Shown piece by piece: positions 54,030 through 64,000 of a stretch of 64,000 bases of DNA (position 1 is its first letter; the number at the start of each line of letters is the position of its first letter). The stretch is from the NCBI RefSeq assembly GCF_003018235.1, contig NZ_CP027439.1. One strand, 5' to 3'. This DNA comes from Escherichia coli (GTDB lineage Bacteria > Pseudomonadota > Gammaproteobacteria > Enterobacterales > Enterobacteriaceae). The notes below the pieces were generated by a model. That model was not told the origin of the DNA, ran no database searches, and was given only the letters and a program-made list of their open reading frames with translations. The translations under genes were made by a program, and so were the position numbers.

Positions 54030-54658
54030 GATGCCGGGGGCTGATTGCCCTGCTGATATGGGGGCAGAGTGTGGCCGCAGCCGATCTTGGCACCTGGGGC
54101 GATCTGTGGCCGGTGCAGGAGCCGGACATGCTGACGGTGATCATGCAGCGCCTGACGGCACTGGAGCAGTCCGGTGAGATGGGCCGGAAAATGGATGCCT
54201 TTAAGGAGCGGGTGATCCGCAACAGCCTGCGGCCCCCTGCCGTTCCCGGAATCGGACGCACGGAAAAATACAGCAGCCGGTTGTTTGACCCGTCCGTCAG
54301 ACTGGCTGCGGATATCCGGGATAACGAAGGGCGGGTGTTTGCCCGTCAGGGAGAAGTGATGAATCCGCTGCAGTATGTCCCTTTTAACCAGACGCTGTAT
54401 TTCATCAATGGCGATGATCCGGCGCAGGTGACCTGGATGAAACGCCAGACGCCGCCCACACTGGAGAGCAAAATTATCCTCGTGCAGGGCAGTATCCCGG
54501 AGATGCAGAAGTCTCTGGACAGCCGTGTTTACTTTGACCAGAACGGTGTGCTCTGCCAGCGCCTCGGCATTGATCAGGTCCCGGCACGGGTGAGCGCCGT
54601 TCCCGGCGATCGCTTCCTGAAGGTGGAATTTATTCCGGCAGAGGAGGGCAGAAAATGA
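54026..54658 (+). CDS. traW: TraW
   Basis: 210 aa with a signal peptide. Start chosen at MRCRGLIALLIWG, overlapping the trbI stop. Confidence 0.85.
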   Translation: MRCRGLIALLIWGQSVAAADLGTWGDLWPVQEPDMLTVIMQRLTALEQSGEMGRKMDAFKERVIRNSLRPPAVPGIGRTEKYSSRLFDPSVRLAADIRDNEGRVFARQGEVMNPLQYVPFNQTLYFINGDDPAQVTWMKRQTPPTLESKIILVQGSIPEMQKSLDSRVYFDQNGVLCQRLGIDQVPARVSAVPGDRFLKVEFIPAEEGRK

Positions 54659-55647
54659 AGCGAAGCCTGTGGCTGCTGATGTTATTCCTTCTCGCCGGTC
54701 ATGTCCCTGCAGCGTCTGCGGATTCTGCCTGTGAGGGGCGTTTTGTAAACCCGATCACGGATATCTGCTGGAGCTGTATTTTCCCGCTCTCGCTGGGCAG
54801 TATCAAAGTCAGTCAGGGTAAGGTCCCCGACACAGCGAACCCGTCGATGCCCATTCAGATTTGTCCGGCACCGCCGCCGCTGTTCAGGCGTATCGGGCTG
54901 GCCATTGGTTACTGGGAGCCGATGGCGCTGACGGACGTCACCCGATCACCGGGATGCATGGTTAACCTGGGCTTCAGCCTGCCGGCTTTTGGTAAAACGG
55001 CACAGGGAACGGCGAAAAAGGATGAGAAGCAGGTGAACGGGGCGTTCTATCACGTTCACTGGTACAAATACCCGCTGACGTACTGGCTTAACATCATCAC
55101 ATCGCTGGGCTGTCTGGAAGGTGGTGACCTGGATATCGCTTATCTTTCTGAAATCGACCCCACCTGGACGGACAGCAGCCTGACCACCATTCTCAATCCG
55201 GAAGCTGTCATCTTTGCCAATCCGATAGCACAGGGGGCCTGTGCAGCAGATGCCATTGCCAGCGCCTTTAATATGCCTCTCGATGTTCTGTTCTGGTGTG
55301 CCGGTTCGCAGGGCAGTATGTACCCGTTCAATGGCTGGGTGAGTAATGAGTCCAGTCCGTTGCAGTCCTCCCTGCTGGTCAGTGAACGCATGGCGTTCAA
55401 GCTGCACCGTCAGGGCATGATTATGGAAACCATCGGGAAAAATAACGCCGTCTGTAATGAATATCCGTCCCCAATCCTGCCCAAAGAACGCTGGCGTTAC
55501 CAGATGGTGAATATGTACCCGGACAGCGGACAGTGCCACCCGTTCGGGCGCAGTGTGACCCGCTGGGAAACCGGGAAAAATCCGCCCAATACAAAGAAAA
55601 ACTTCGGCTACCTGATGTGGCGTAAACGTAACTGTGTCTTCCTGTGA
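54655..55647 (+). CDS. traU: TraU
   Basis: 330 aa with a signal peptide, as in F. Confidence 0.9.
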   Translation: MKRSLWLLMLFLLAGHVPAASADSACEGRFVNPITDICWSCIFPLSLGSIKVSQGKVPDTANPSMPIQICPAPPPLFRRIGLAIGYWEPMALTDVTRSPGCMVNLGFSLPAFGKTAQGTAKKDEKQVNGAFYHVHWYKYPLTYWLNIITSLGCLEGGDLDIAYLSEIDPTWTDSSLTTILNPEAVIFANPIAQGACAADAIASAFNMPLDVLFWCAGSQGSMYPFNGWVSNESSPLQSSLLVSERMAFKLHRQGMIMETIGKNNAVCNEYPSPILPKERWRYQMVNMYPDSGQCHPFGRSVTRWETGKNPPNTKKNFGYLMWRKRNCVFL

Positions 55648-55652
55648 GGTGA

Positions 55653-56294
55653 ATGATGAAGCTGAGTATGAAATCTCTGGCAGCACTGCTGATGATGCTG
55701 AACGGGGCGGTTATGGCGTCAGAAAACGTGAACACTCCTGAAAACCGCCAGTTCCTGAAGCAGCAGGAAAATTTAAGCAGACAACTGCGTGAAAAACCTG
55801 ACCATCAGCTGAAAGCCTGGGCGGAGAAGCAGGTGCTGGAAAACCCCCTTCAGCGTTCAGATAACCATTTCCTGGATGAGCTGGTTCGTAAACAGCAGGC
55901 TTCGCAGGACGGGAAACCCCGGCAGGGTGCTCTGTATTTTGTGTCGTTTTCCATTCCCGAAGAGGGGCTGAAACGAATGCTGGGCGAAACCCGGCACTAC
56001 GGTATACCCGCCACACTGCGGGGCATGGTGAACAATGACCTGAAGACCACCGCTGAAGCCGTGCTGTCCCTGGTGAAAGACGGCGCGACTGATGGTGTTC
56101 AGATCGACCCGACGCTGTTTTCACAGTATGGCATTCGCAGTGTACCGGCACTGGTGGTGTTCTGCAGTCAGGGATACGACATCATCCGGGGAAACCTGCG
56201 GGTCGGCCAGGCGCTGGAGAAAGTGGCCGCCACGGGTGACTGCTGGCAGGTGGCTCATGATTTACTGGCAGGGAAAGGAGATTCCGGGAAATGA
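55653..56294 (+). CDS. trbC: TrbC
   Basis: 213 aa with a signal peptide. Order matches F. Confidence 0.85.
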   Translation: MMKLSMKSLAALLMMLNGAVMASENVNTPENRQFLKQQENLSRQLREKPDHQLKAWAEKQVLENPLQRSDNHFLDELVRKQQASQDGKPRQGALYFVSFSIPEEGLKRMLGETRHYGIPATLRGMVNNDLKTTAEAVLSLVKDGATDGVQIDPTLFSQYGIRSVPALVVFCSQGYDIIRGNLRVGQALEKVAATGDCWQVAHDLLAGKGDSGK

Positions 56295-58099
56295 AACGTA
56301 TTTTACCTCTGATACTGGCTCTGGTTGCCGGCATGGCACAGGCTGACAGCAACAGTGATTACCGGGCCGGCTCTGATTTTGCTCACCAGATCAAAGGACA
56401 GGGAAGCAGCAGTATTCAGGGCTTTAAGCCACAGGAGAGTATCCCCGGCTATAACGCGAATCCGGACGAGACAAAATACTACGGTGGCGTGACTGCCGGC
56501 GGGGATGGCGGCCTGAAAAATGACGGCACCACGGAATGGGCGACCGGTGAAACCGGAAAAACCATCACAGAGTCATTCATGAACAAGCCGAAAGACATTC
56601 TTTCACCGGATGCACCGTTTATCCAGACCGGCAGGGATGTGGTGAACCGGGCTGACAGCATTGTGGGAAACACCGGGCAGCAGTGCAGTGCGCAGGAGAT
56701 TAGCCGGAGTGAATACACGAATTACACCTGTGAGCGGGATTTACAGGTGGAGCAGTACTGCACACGAACTGCCCGTATGGAGCTGCAGGGGAGTACCACA
56801 TGGGAAACCCGGACGCTGGAGTATGAAATGAGTCAGCTACCTGCACGTGAAGTGAATGGTCAGTATGTTGTCTCCATTACCTCTCCCGTTACCGGTGAAA
56901 TTGTCGATGCGCATTACAGCTGGAGTCGTACTTACCTGCAGAAGAGTGTACCTATGACAATTACAGTACTGGGAACCCCACTGAGCTGGAATGCCAAATA
57001 CTCAGCAGATGCCTCATTTACACCAGTACAGAAAACACTGACTGCCGGTGTTGCTTTTACGTCATCTCACCCCGTCCGGGTCGGGAATACAAAATTCAAA
57101 CGTCATACGGCAATGAAGCTGCGTCTGGTTGTCAGGGTAAAAAAAGCCTCGTACACCCCGTATGTTGTCTGGTCTGAAAGCTGCCCGTTCAGCAAGGAGC
57201 TGGGGAAACTGACAAAAACAGAATGTACGGAGGCTGGCGGGAACAGGACGCTGGTGAAAGACGGTCAGTCATACAGCATGTACCAGAGCTGCTGGGCATA
57301 CCGGGACACGTATGTCACGCAGTCAGCAGACAAGGGAACCTGTCAGACCTACACCGACAATCCTGCCTGTACCCTGGTGTCGCACCAGTGCGCCTTTTAC
57401 TCCGAAGAAGATGCCTGTCTGCATGAATATGCCACGTACTCCTGCGAGTCAAAAACATCCGGGAAAGTGATGGTCTGTGGGGGAGACGTCTTCTGTCTCG
57501 ATGGCGAATGCGATAAGGCTCAGAGCGGGCAGAGTAATGATTTTGCCGAAGCCGTTTCTCAGCTGGCGGCACTGGCCGCTGCAGGTAAGGATGTCGCGGC
57601 GCTGAACGGGGTGGATGTCCGTGCTTTCACCGGACAGGCGAAATTTTGTAAGAAGGCTGCAGCCGGATACAGCAACTGCTGTAAGGACAGCGGCTGGGGA
57701 CAGGATATTGGGCTGGCCAAATGCAGCAGTGATGAAAAAGCCCTGTCTAAAGCAAAATCAAACAAACTGACCGTCAGCGTCGGGGAATTCTGTTCGAAGA
57801 AAGTGCTGGGTGTCTGTCTGGAGAAAAAACGCAGCTACTGTCAGTTTGATTCGAAACTGGCGCAGATAGTCCAGCAGCAGGGGCGCAACGGGCAGCTACG
57901 TATCAGTTTTGGTAGTGCGAAGCATCCTGACTGTCGGGGAATTACGGTTGATGAACTGCAGAAAATTCAGTTCGACAGACTGGATTTCACTAACTTCTAC
58001 GAAGACCTGATGAATAACCAGAAAATCCCTGACAGTGGCGTTCTGACGCAGAAAGTGAAAGAGCAGATTGCTGAACAGCTGAAACAGGCAGGACAGTAA
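56291..58099 (+). CDS. traN: TraN (mating-pair stabilisation, cysteine-rich outer-membrane protein)
   Basis: 602 aa with a signal peptide and a Cys-rich C-terminal half. Confidence 0.9.
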   Translation: MKRILPLILALVAGMAQADSNSDYRAGSDFAHQIKGQGSSSIQGFKPQESIPGYNANPDETKYYGGVTAGGDGGLKNDGTTEWATGETGKTITESFMNKPKDILSPDAPFIQTGRDVVNRADSIVGNTGQQCSAQEISRSEYTNYTCERDLQVEQYCTRTARMELQGSTTWETRTLEYEMSQLPAREVNGQYVVSITSPVTGEIVDAHYSWSRTYLQKSVPMTITVLGTPLSWNAKYSADASFTPVQKTLTAGVAFTSSHPVRVGNTKFKRHTAMKLRLVVRVKKASYTPYVVWSESCPFSKELGKLTKTECTEAGGNRTLVKDGQSYSMYQSCWAYRDTYVTQSADKGTCQTYTDNPACTLVSHQCAFYSEEDACLHEYATYSCESKTSGKVMVCGGDVFCLDGECDKAQSGQSNDFAEAVSQLAALAAAGKDVAALNGVDVRAFTGQAKFCKKAAAGYSNCCKDSGWGQDIGLAKCSSDEKALSKAKSNKLTVSVGEFCSKKVLGVCLEKKRSYCQFDSKLAQIVQQQGRNGQLRISFGSAKHPDCRGITVDELQKIQFDRLDFTNFYEDLMNNQKIPDSGVLTQKVKEQIAEQLKQAGQ

Positions 58100-58122
58100 G
58101 GTAGGGAAAATAACCGGGGGAA

Positions 58123-58383
58123 ATGATGAAAGTCATATTCACGTCGAACCGTTTTATTGATTTTCTTATCCGGCTTTTGATTACAGCGATTGTCATTTCC
58201 CCGGTAATTATCTGGTCGTGGGATACGGTAAAAGAAACCACTGCAGGTGAGATACTTGCTGCTGCTTTCGTTATTTTTTACTCCGGTGTGCTCCTGTTTA
58301 TTCTGTATTTTTGTTTTTCTGCCCTGACTGACCTGCAGAAACCTGATGAAAGAAAAAGTGATGAAAGGAATGAAGATGAATAA
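58123..58383 (+). CDS. trbE: TrbE
   Basis: 86 aa, membrane protein. Position matches F. Confidence 0.75.
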   Translation: MMKVIFTSNRFIDFLIRLLITAIVISPVIIWSWDTVKETTAGEILAAAFVIFYSGVLLFILYFCFSALTDLQKPDERKSDERNEDE

Positions 58384-59119
58384 AGCATTACTGCCACTGT
58401 TACTCTGCTGCTTTATTTTTCCGGCGTCAGGAAAAGATGCAGGCTGGCAGTGGTATAACGAGAAAATAAATCCGAAGGAAAAAGAAAATAAACCAGTACC
58501 TGCAGCCCCCCGTCAGGAGCCGGACATTATGCAGAAACTGGCCGCACTGCAGACGGCAACAAAGCGGGCGCTGTACGAAGCCATTCTGTATCCCGGTGTG
58601 GATAATTTTGTGAAATATTTCCGTCTGCAGAATTACTGGACTCAGCAGGCCGGGCTTTTCACCATGAGCGCCAGAAAGGCCATGCTGGCACATCCTGAAC
58701 TGGACTATAACCTGCAGTACAGCCATTACAACGGTACGGTACGGAACCAGCTGGCAGCAGACCAGGCGCAGCAGCGACAGGCCATTGCGAAACTGGCTGA
58801 ACACTACGGCATCATGTTTTTTTACCGGGGGCTGGACCCTATTGACGGGCAGCTGGCGCAGGTCATTAATGGCTTCAGGGATACCTATGGTCTGAGTGTT
58901 ATTCCCGTATCCGTGGATGGCGTGATTAATCCGCTGTTGCCGGATTCCCGGACTGACCAGGGGCAGGCGCAGCGCCTCGGCGTGAAATATTTCCCGGCCA
59001 TGATGCTGGTTGACCCGAAACAGGGCAGTGTTCGCCCGTTATCATACGGCTTTATTTCGCAGGATGATCTGGCAAAACAGTTCCTGAACGTTTCTGAAGA
59101 TTTTAAACCAAATTTTTAA
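58376..59119 (+). CDS. traF: TraF (thioredoxin-fold pilus-assembly protein)
   Basis: 247 aa with a signal peptide. Start chosen at MNKALLPLLLCC. Confidence 0.85.
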   Translation: MNKALLPLLLCCFIFPASGKDAGWQWYNEKINPKEKENKPVPAAPRQEPDIMQKLAALQTATKRALYEAILYPGVDNFVKYFRLQNYWTQQAGLFTMSARKAMLAHPELDYNLQYSHYNGTVRNQLAADQAQQRQAIAKLAEHYGIMFFYRGLDPIDGQLAQVINGFRDTYGLSVIPVSVDGVINPLLPDSRTDQGQAQRLGVKYFPAMMLVDPKQGSVRPLSYGFISQDDLAKQFLNVSEDFKPNF

Positions 59120-59134
59120 TCGCGGATTTGATTT

Positions 59135-59482
59135 ATGAGTGAAGATTATTTGAAAATGTTTACAGGTGTTTTTCTGTTAATATTTGTCATTATTGCCGGT
59201 TATTTCTTTTCTGAGCGTAATGACAGGAAAATGTTTCTCCTGAGCTCACTGGTTTTCCTTGTTATTAATATCGCGTGTTTATATGTGCTTACCGCCAGTC
59301 TCTGGTTTCTGTGTGGTGCAATTATGAATCAGGGCGCAGCAATGGTTGTTCCAATGGTTATTGGCTCATTACCGGACGTTACGAGCTTCGACAGGTTCAG
59401 AAGAATATTTGTCTGTATTATGTTGTCATCAGTATGGTCCGGAATGATGTGGTTTTTTATAAGGGGGCTTATGACAGGCTAA
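59135..59482 (+). CDS. trbA: TrbA
   Basis: 115 aa, membrane protein. Confidence 0.75.
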   Translation: MSEDYLKMFTGVFLLIFVIIAGYFFSERNDRKMFLLSSLVFLVINIACLYVLTASLWFLCGAIMNQGAAMVVPMVIGSLPDVTSFDRFRRIFVCIMLSSVWSGMMWFFIRGLMTG

Positions 59483-59600
59483 GTCATATAAAACGGTAAT
59501 AAAAACCATACAAAATAATGAGGTTGAACTGATTAATATCACACAAACGCGAATATTACAGACATAAATACTCTCATGTAAATAATAACCGGAGTTTAAC

Positions 59601-59885
59601 ATGATAAGTAAACGCAGATTCTCTTTACCCCGGCTTGATATTACGGGAATGTGGGTATTTTCCCTGGGTGTCTGGTTTCATATCGTCGCCCGTCTTGTTT
59701 ACAGCAAACCCTGGATGGCTTTTTTTCTGGCGGAGCTGATTGCGGCCATCCTTGTGCTGTTCGGCGCATACCAGGTGCTGGATGCATGGATTGCCCGTGT
59801 CAGCCGGGAAGAGCGTGAGGCACTGGAAGCCAGGCAACAGGCCATGATGGAAGGGCAGCAGGAGGGCAGACATGTCTCTCATTAA
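59601..59885 (+). CDS. traQ: TraQ (pilin chaperone)
   Basis: 94 aa, membrane protein. Size and position match F. Confidence 0.8.
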   Translation: MISKRRFSLPRLDITGMWVFSLGVWFHIVARLVYSKPWMAFFLAELIAAILVLFGAYQVLDAWIARVSREEREALEARQQAMMEGQQEGRHVSH

Positions 59886-60417
59886 ATCACTGTTGTTCAC
59901 CCTGTTGCTGGCATCCGCTGCCGTGCAGGCCTCCACCCGGGATGAAATTGAACGACTCTGGAATCTGCAGGGCATGGCCGCGCAGCCTGCACAACCGGCA
60001 GCAGGCACGTCAGCCAGGACAGAAAAGCCAGCCCCCCGCTGGTTCCGCCTCAGCAACGGCAGGCAGGTTAACCTGGCCGACTGGAAGGTGGTGCTGTTTA
60101 TGCAGGGGCATTGCCCTTACTGTCACCAGTTTGACCCGGTACTGAAACAGCTGGCACAGCAGTACGGCTTTTCCGTTTTTCCCTACACCCTGGATGGTCA
60201 GGGGGATACCGCCTTTCCGGAGGCATTGCCGGTGCCACCGGACGTGATGCAGACCTTCTTCCCGAATATCCCGGTGGCCACACCGACTACCTTCCTGGTC
60301 AACGTCAACACGCTTGAGGCATTACCGCTTTTACAGGGGGCAACGGATGTTGCCGGTTTTATGGCGCGGATGGATACCGTTCTGCAGATGTACGGAGGGA
60401 AAAAAGGTGCGAAATAA
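59872..60417 (+). CDS. trbB: TrbB (thioredoxin-like, CPYC)
   Basis: GHCPYCHQ redox motif. 181 aa. Confidence 0.9.
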   Translation: MSLIKSLLFTLLLASAAVQASTRDEIERLWNLQGMAAQPAQPAAGTSARTEKPAPRWFRLSNGRQVNLADWKVVLFMQGHCPYCHQFDPVLKQLAQQYGFSVFPYTLDGQGDTAFPEALPVPPDVMQTFFPNIPVATPTTFLVNVNTLEALPLLQGATDVAGFMARMDTVLQMYGGKKGAK

Positions 60418-60709
60418 GCAGGTGGTGTTACTCATTGCCGGAATATCCGGCATCGCGACGGGAATAATCGTCAGCCTGAATATCCCCTTTATCCATCAGG
60501 GGCTTTTTTATCCCGCCAGCCCTGTAGAAATTGTCGTTTCGCTGTGCCTTACCTTTTCTGTTTCTGTTGTGTTTTTTGTGGGGGCAATTGTGGGATGGAT
60601 TTCGGTGTCTGAAATATATTACAGCCGCAGGACTGGACGGAAATATCGGGATATTCCTGCTGAAATGTCGTATGCGCCGGGAGAACACATTAAGGGAGGG
60701 CAAGAATGA
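60417..60709 (+). CDS. trbJ: TrbJ (GTG start)
   Basis: 97-aa membrane protein. The GTG start overlaps the trbB stop. Confidence 0.6.
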
Positions 60710-62082
60710 TGCCACGCATTAAACCTCTTCTGGTTCTTTGTGCTGCTTTACTGACGGTCACACCCGCAGCGTCAGCGGATGTGAACAGCGACATGAATCA
60801 GTTCTTTAACAAGCTGGGCTTCGCCTCCAATACCACACAGCCGGGCGTCTGGCAGGGGCAGGCCGCCGGTTATGCTTACGGTGGCTCCCTGTATGCCCGT
60901 ACTCAGGTCAAAAATGTTCAGCTGATTTCCATGACGCTGCCGGATATCAATGCCGGATGTGGCGGCATCGACGCCTATCTCGGCTCGTTCAGTTTTATTA
61001 ATGGCGAGCAGCTGCAGCGTTTTGTTAAGCAGATTATGAGCAATGCTGCCGGTTACTTTTTTGACCTTGCCCTGCAGACAACGGTGCCGGAAATCAAAAC
61101 CGCAAAAGACTTCCTGCAGAAAATGGCAAGCGACATTAACAGTATGAACCTCAGTTCCTGCCAGGCGGCACAGGGGATTATCGGCGGGCTCTTCCCCCGG
61201 ACGCAGGTGTCCCAGCAGAAAGTCTGTCAGGACATTGCCGGTGAGAGCAATATTTTTGCTGACTGGGCGGCTTCCCGGCAGGGATGTACCGTTGGCGGTA
61301 AATCTGACAGCGTCAGGGATAAAGCCAGCGACAAGGATAAGGAGCGGGTGACCAAAAACATTAACATCATGTGGAATGCGCTTTCCAAAAACAGAATGTT
61401 TGACGGCAACAAAGAGCTGAAAGAGTTTGTGATGACGCTGACCGGCTCACTGGTGTTTGGTCCCAACGGCGAAATCACACCGCTGTCAGCCAGAACCACT
61501 GACCGCTCAATTATCCGGGCCATGATGGAAGGCGGCACAGCAAAAATTTATCACTGCAACGATTCTGATAAATGCCTGAAAGTGGTGGCAGACACACCGG
61601 TGACCATCAGCCGGGATAATGCACTGAAGTCTCAGATTACTAAACTTCTGGCCAGCATTCAGAACAAGGCGGTCAGTGACACGCCTCTGGATGACAAGGA
61701 AAAAGGCTTTATTTCCAGTACCACCATCCCCGTCTTCAAATACCTGGTTGACCCGCAGATGCTCGGTGTTTCCAACAGTATGATTTACCAGCTGACGGAC
61801 TATATCGGTTACGACATCCTGCTGCAGTACATTCAGGAGCTGATACAGCAGGCCCGGGCGATGGTGGCCACAGGAAATTATGACGAAGCAGTTATCGAAC
61901 ATATTAACGACAACATGAATGATGCCACCCGGCAGATTGCGGCGTTTCAGTCACAGGTGCAGGTACAGCAGGATGCGCTGCTGGTTGTCGATCGTCAGAT
62001 GAGCTACATGCGTCAGCAGCTTTCCGCCCGCATGCTCAGTCGTTACCAGAACAACTATCACTTCGGAGGGAGCACGCTGTGA
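60706..62082 (+). CDS. traH: TraH
   Basis: 458 aa with a signal peptide, as in F. Confidence 0.9.
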   Translation: MMPRIKPLLVLCAALLTVTPAASADVNSDMNQFFNKLGFASNTTQPGVWQGQAAGYAYGGSLYARTQVKNVQLISMTLPDINAGCGGIDAYLGSFSFINGEQLQRFVKQIMSNAAGYFFDLALQTTVPEIKTAKDFLQKMASDINSMNLSSCQAAQGIIGGLFPRTQVSQQKVCQDIAGESNIFADWAASRQGCTVGGKSDSVRDKASDKDKERVTKNINIMWNALSKNRMFDGNKELKEFVMTLTGSLVFGPNGEITPLSARTTDRSIIRAMMEGGTAKIYHCNDSDKCLKVVADTPVTISRDNALKSQITKLLASIQNKAVSDTPLDDKEKGFISSTTIPVFKYLVDPQMLGVSNSMIYQLTDYIGYDILLQYIQELIQQARAMVATGNYDEAVIEHINDNMNDATRQIAAFQSQVQVQQDALLVVDRQMSYMRQQLSARMLSRYQNNYHFGGSTL

Positions 62083-64000
62083 ATGAAGTTTATGTGATTG
62101 CCGGTGGTGAGTGGTTGCGGAATAACCTGAACGCCATTGCCGCTTTTATGGGAACCAGGACGTGGGATTCCATTGAAAAAATTGCGCTCACATTGTCTGT
62201 TCTCGCGGTGGCCGTGATGTGGGTACAGCGGCACAACGTGATGGATTTGCTGGGCTGGGTGGCCGTGTTTGTGCTTATCAGCCTGCTGGTTAATGTCCGC
62301 ACATCGGTGCAGATTATTGATAACAGTGACCTGGTCAAAGTTCACCGGGTGGATAATGTGCCGGTCGGACTGGCGATGCCACTTTCACTGACGACCCGTA
62401 TCGGGCATGCAATGGTGGCCAGTTACGAGATGATCTTCACGCAACCGGACAGTGTCACCTACAGCAAAACGGGGATGCTGTTTGGCGCAGAACTGGTATC
62501 AAAAAGCACCGACTTTTTGTCCCGGAATCCGGAAATCGCCAATCTTTTCCAGGATTATGTGCAGAACTGCGTGATGGGGGATATTTACCTGAACCACAAA
62601 TATACGCTGGAGGAGCTGATGGCCTCCGCTGATCCCTACACGCTGATTTTTTCCCGCCCCAGCCCGCTGCGGGGCGTTTATGACAGCAATAATAATTTCG
62701 TAACCTGTAAGGACGCTTCGGTTTCGCTGAAAGACAAGCTGAATCTGGACACACAGAGTGGCGGAAAAACCTGGCATTATTATGCCCAGCAGCTATTTGG
62801 CGGACGCCCTGATCCTAACCTGCTGTTCAGTACGCTGATTGGCGACAGTTACAGTTACTTCTATGGCTCAAGTAAATCAGCCAGCCAGATCATCCGCCAG
62901 AATGTCACCATCAATGCGCTGAAGGAGGGGATCACCAGTTATGCCGCACGTAATGGTGATTCGGCCAGCCTGGTGAATCTGGCCACCACATCATCGATGG
63001 AGAAGCAACGTCTGGCACATGTCTCCATCGGTCATGTGGCGATGCGGACACTGCCCATGACGCAGACCATCCTGACGGGGATCGCCATCGGTATTTTCCC
63101 GCTCCTGGTACTGGCGGCTGTCTTCAACAAACTGACGCTGTCCGTCCTGAAAGGCTATGTGTTTGCCCTGATGTGGTTGCAGTCATGGCCAATGTTGTAC
63201 GCCATTCTGAACAGCGCCATGACATTTTATGCAAAGCAGAATGGTGCACCGGTGGTGCTCTCGGAAATTTCACAGATACAGCTGAAATACTCCGATCTGG
63301 CTTCCACTGCCGGGTATCTTTCCATGATGATCCCGCCATTATCCTGGATGATGGTCAGGGGGCTCGGGGCAGGATTTTCCAGTGTGTACAGCCATTTCGC
63401 TTCCTCTGCTATCAGCCCGACCGCCAGTGCAGCAGGCAGTGTGGTTGACGGTAATTACTCCTACGGCAACATGCAGACGGAGAACGTTAACGGCTTCAGC
63501 TGGAGCACCAACAGCACCACGTCGTTTGGTCAGATGATGTACCAGACCGGCAGTGGCGCAACCGCCACACAGACCCGTGACGGTAATATGGTGATGGATG
63601 CAAGCGGAGCGATGTCCCGGTTACCGGTCGGCATCAATGCAACGCGTCAGATTGCGGCGGCACAACAGGAAATGGCCCGGGAAGCATCGAACAGAGCAGA
63701 AAGTGCCCTGCATGGGTTCAGCAGCAGTATTGCCAGTGCCTGGAACACGCTCAGTCAGTTTGGTTCTAACCGGGGGAGCAGTGATTCTGTCACCGGTGGT
63801 GCTGACAGCACGATGAGTGCTCAGGACTCCATGATGGCCAGCCGTATGCGCAGTGCAGTGGAAAGCTATGCGAAGGCGCATAATATCAGTAATGAGCAGG
63901 CGACTCAGGAACTGGCATCAACAAGTACCAGGCTATCTGGTGGAATGTATGCTGATGCTCATGCTGAATGGGGGGTTAAACCTAAAATTCTTGGTGTTGG
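62079..64000 (+). CDS. traG: TraG (mating-pair stabilisation/entry exclusion; 3' partial, runs off the window)
   Basis: GTG start overlapping the traH stop. VNEVYVIAGGEWLRNNLNAIAAFMG… matches the F TraG N-terminus. The frame is open to the window end. Confidence 0.9.
   Translation, partial: MNEVYVIAGGEWLRNNLNAIAAFMGTRTWDSIEKIALTLSVLAVAVMWVQRHNVMDLLGWVAVFVLISLLVNVRTSVQIIDNSDLVKVHRVDNVPVGLAMPLSLTTRIGHAMVASYEMIFTQPDSVTYSKTGMLFGAELVSKSTDFLSRNPEIANLFQDYVQNCVMGDIYLNHKYTLEELMASADPYTLIFSRPSPLRGVYDSNNNFVTCKDASVSLKDKLNLDTQSGGKTWHYYAQQLFGGRPDPNLLFSTLIGDSYSYFYGSSKSASQIIRQNVTINALKEGITSYAARNGDSASLVNLATTSSMEKQRLAHVSIGHVAMRTLPMTQTILTGIAIGIFPLLVLAAVFNKLTLSVLKGYVFALMWLQSWPMLYAILNSAMTFYAKQNGAPVVLSEISQIQLKYSDLASTAGYLSMMIPPLSWMMVRGLGAGFSSVYSHFASSAISPTASAAGSVVDGNYSYGNMQTENVNGFSWSTNSTTSFGQMMYQTGSGATATQTRDGNMVMDASGAMSRLPVGINATRQIAAAQQEMAREASNRAESALHGFSSSIASAWNTLSQFGSNRGSSDSVTGGADSTMSAQDSMMASRMRSAVESYAKAHNISNEQATQELASTSTRLSGGMYADAHAEWGVKPKILGV

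Overview
This window reads as a large F-like (IncF, RepFIB-type) conjugative plasmid segment from an enterobacterium, Klebsiella-like; I cannot rule out a chromosomally integrated copy.

Left to right, the window contains:
1. The 3' end of an AcrB-family RND efflux pump gene.
2. An accessory redox island: three LysR regulators, each divergent from alcohol-dehydrogenase or SDR genes, plus an internal Tn3-family tnpA remnant that sits between a complete SDR gene and a truncated paralogous SDR copy.
3. An intact IS911-like IS3-family element with a 3-bp target-site duplication, inserted into a hypothetical gene.
4. A FimB-like small tyrosine recombinase operon, followed by an array of eight ~24-bp direct repeats (consensus GGACAGAAtAACCTGAAYGTCCAR) that separate small ORFs, including two paralogous tiny hydrophobic peptide genes.
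5. A relBE-like toxin-antitoxin pair and an unusual DinJ-like fusion protein.
6. A parAB partition module flanked by four copies of a perfect 16-bp palindrome.
7. umuDC with a consensus LexA box.
8. A RepFIB repA with flanking iterons and a DnaA box.
9. An F-type leading region: antirestriction-like gene, orphan N6 methyltransferase, ssb, ParB-like nuclease, psiB, psiA, hok/mok/sok, DUF932, lytic transglycosylase. It carries three ~600-700 bp repeats that look like Frpo-type single-strand promoters.
10. oriT, then a complete F-like tra operon from traM to the 5' part of traG.

The most unusual part is the recombinase-associated repeat and cassette array at about 16.0-21.6 kb.
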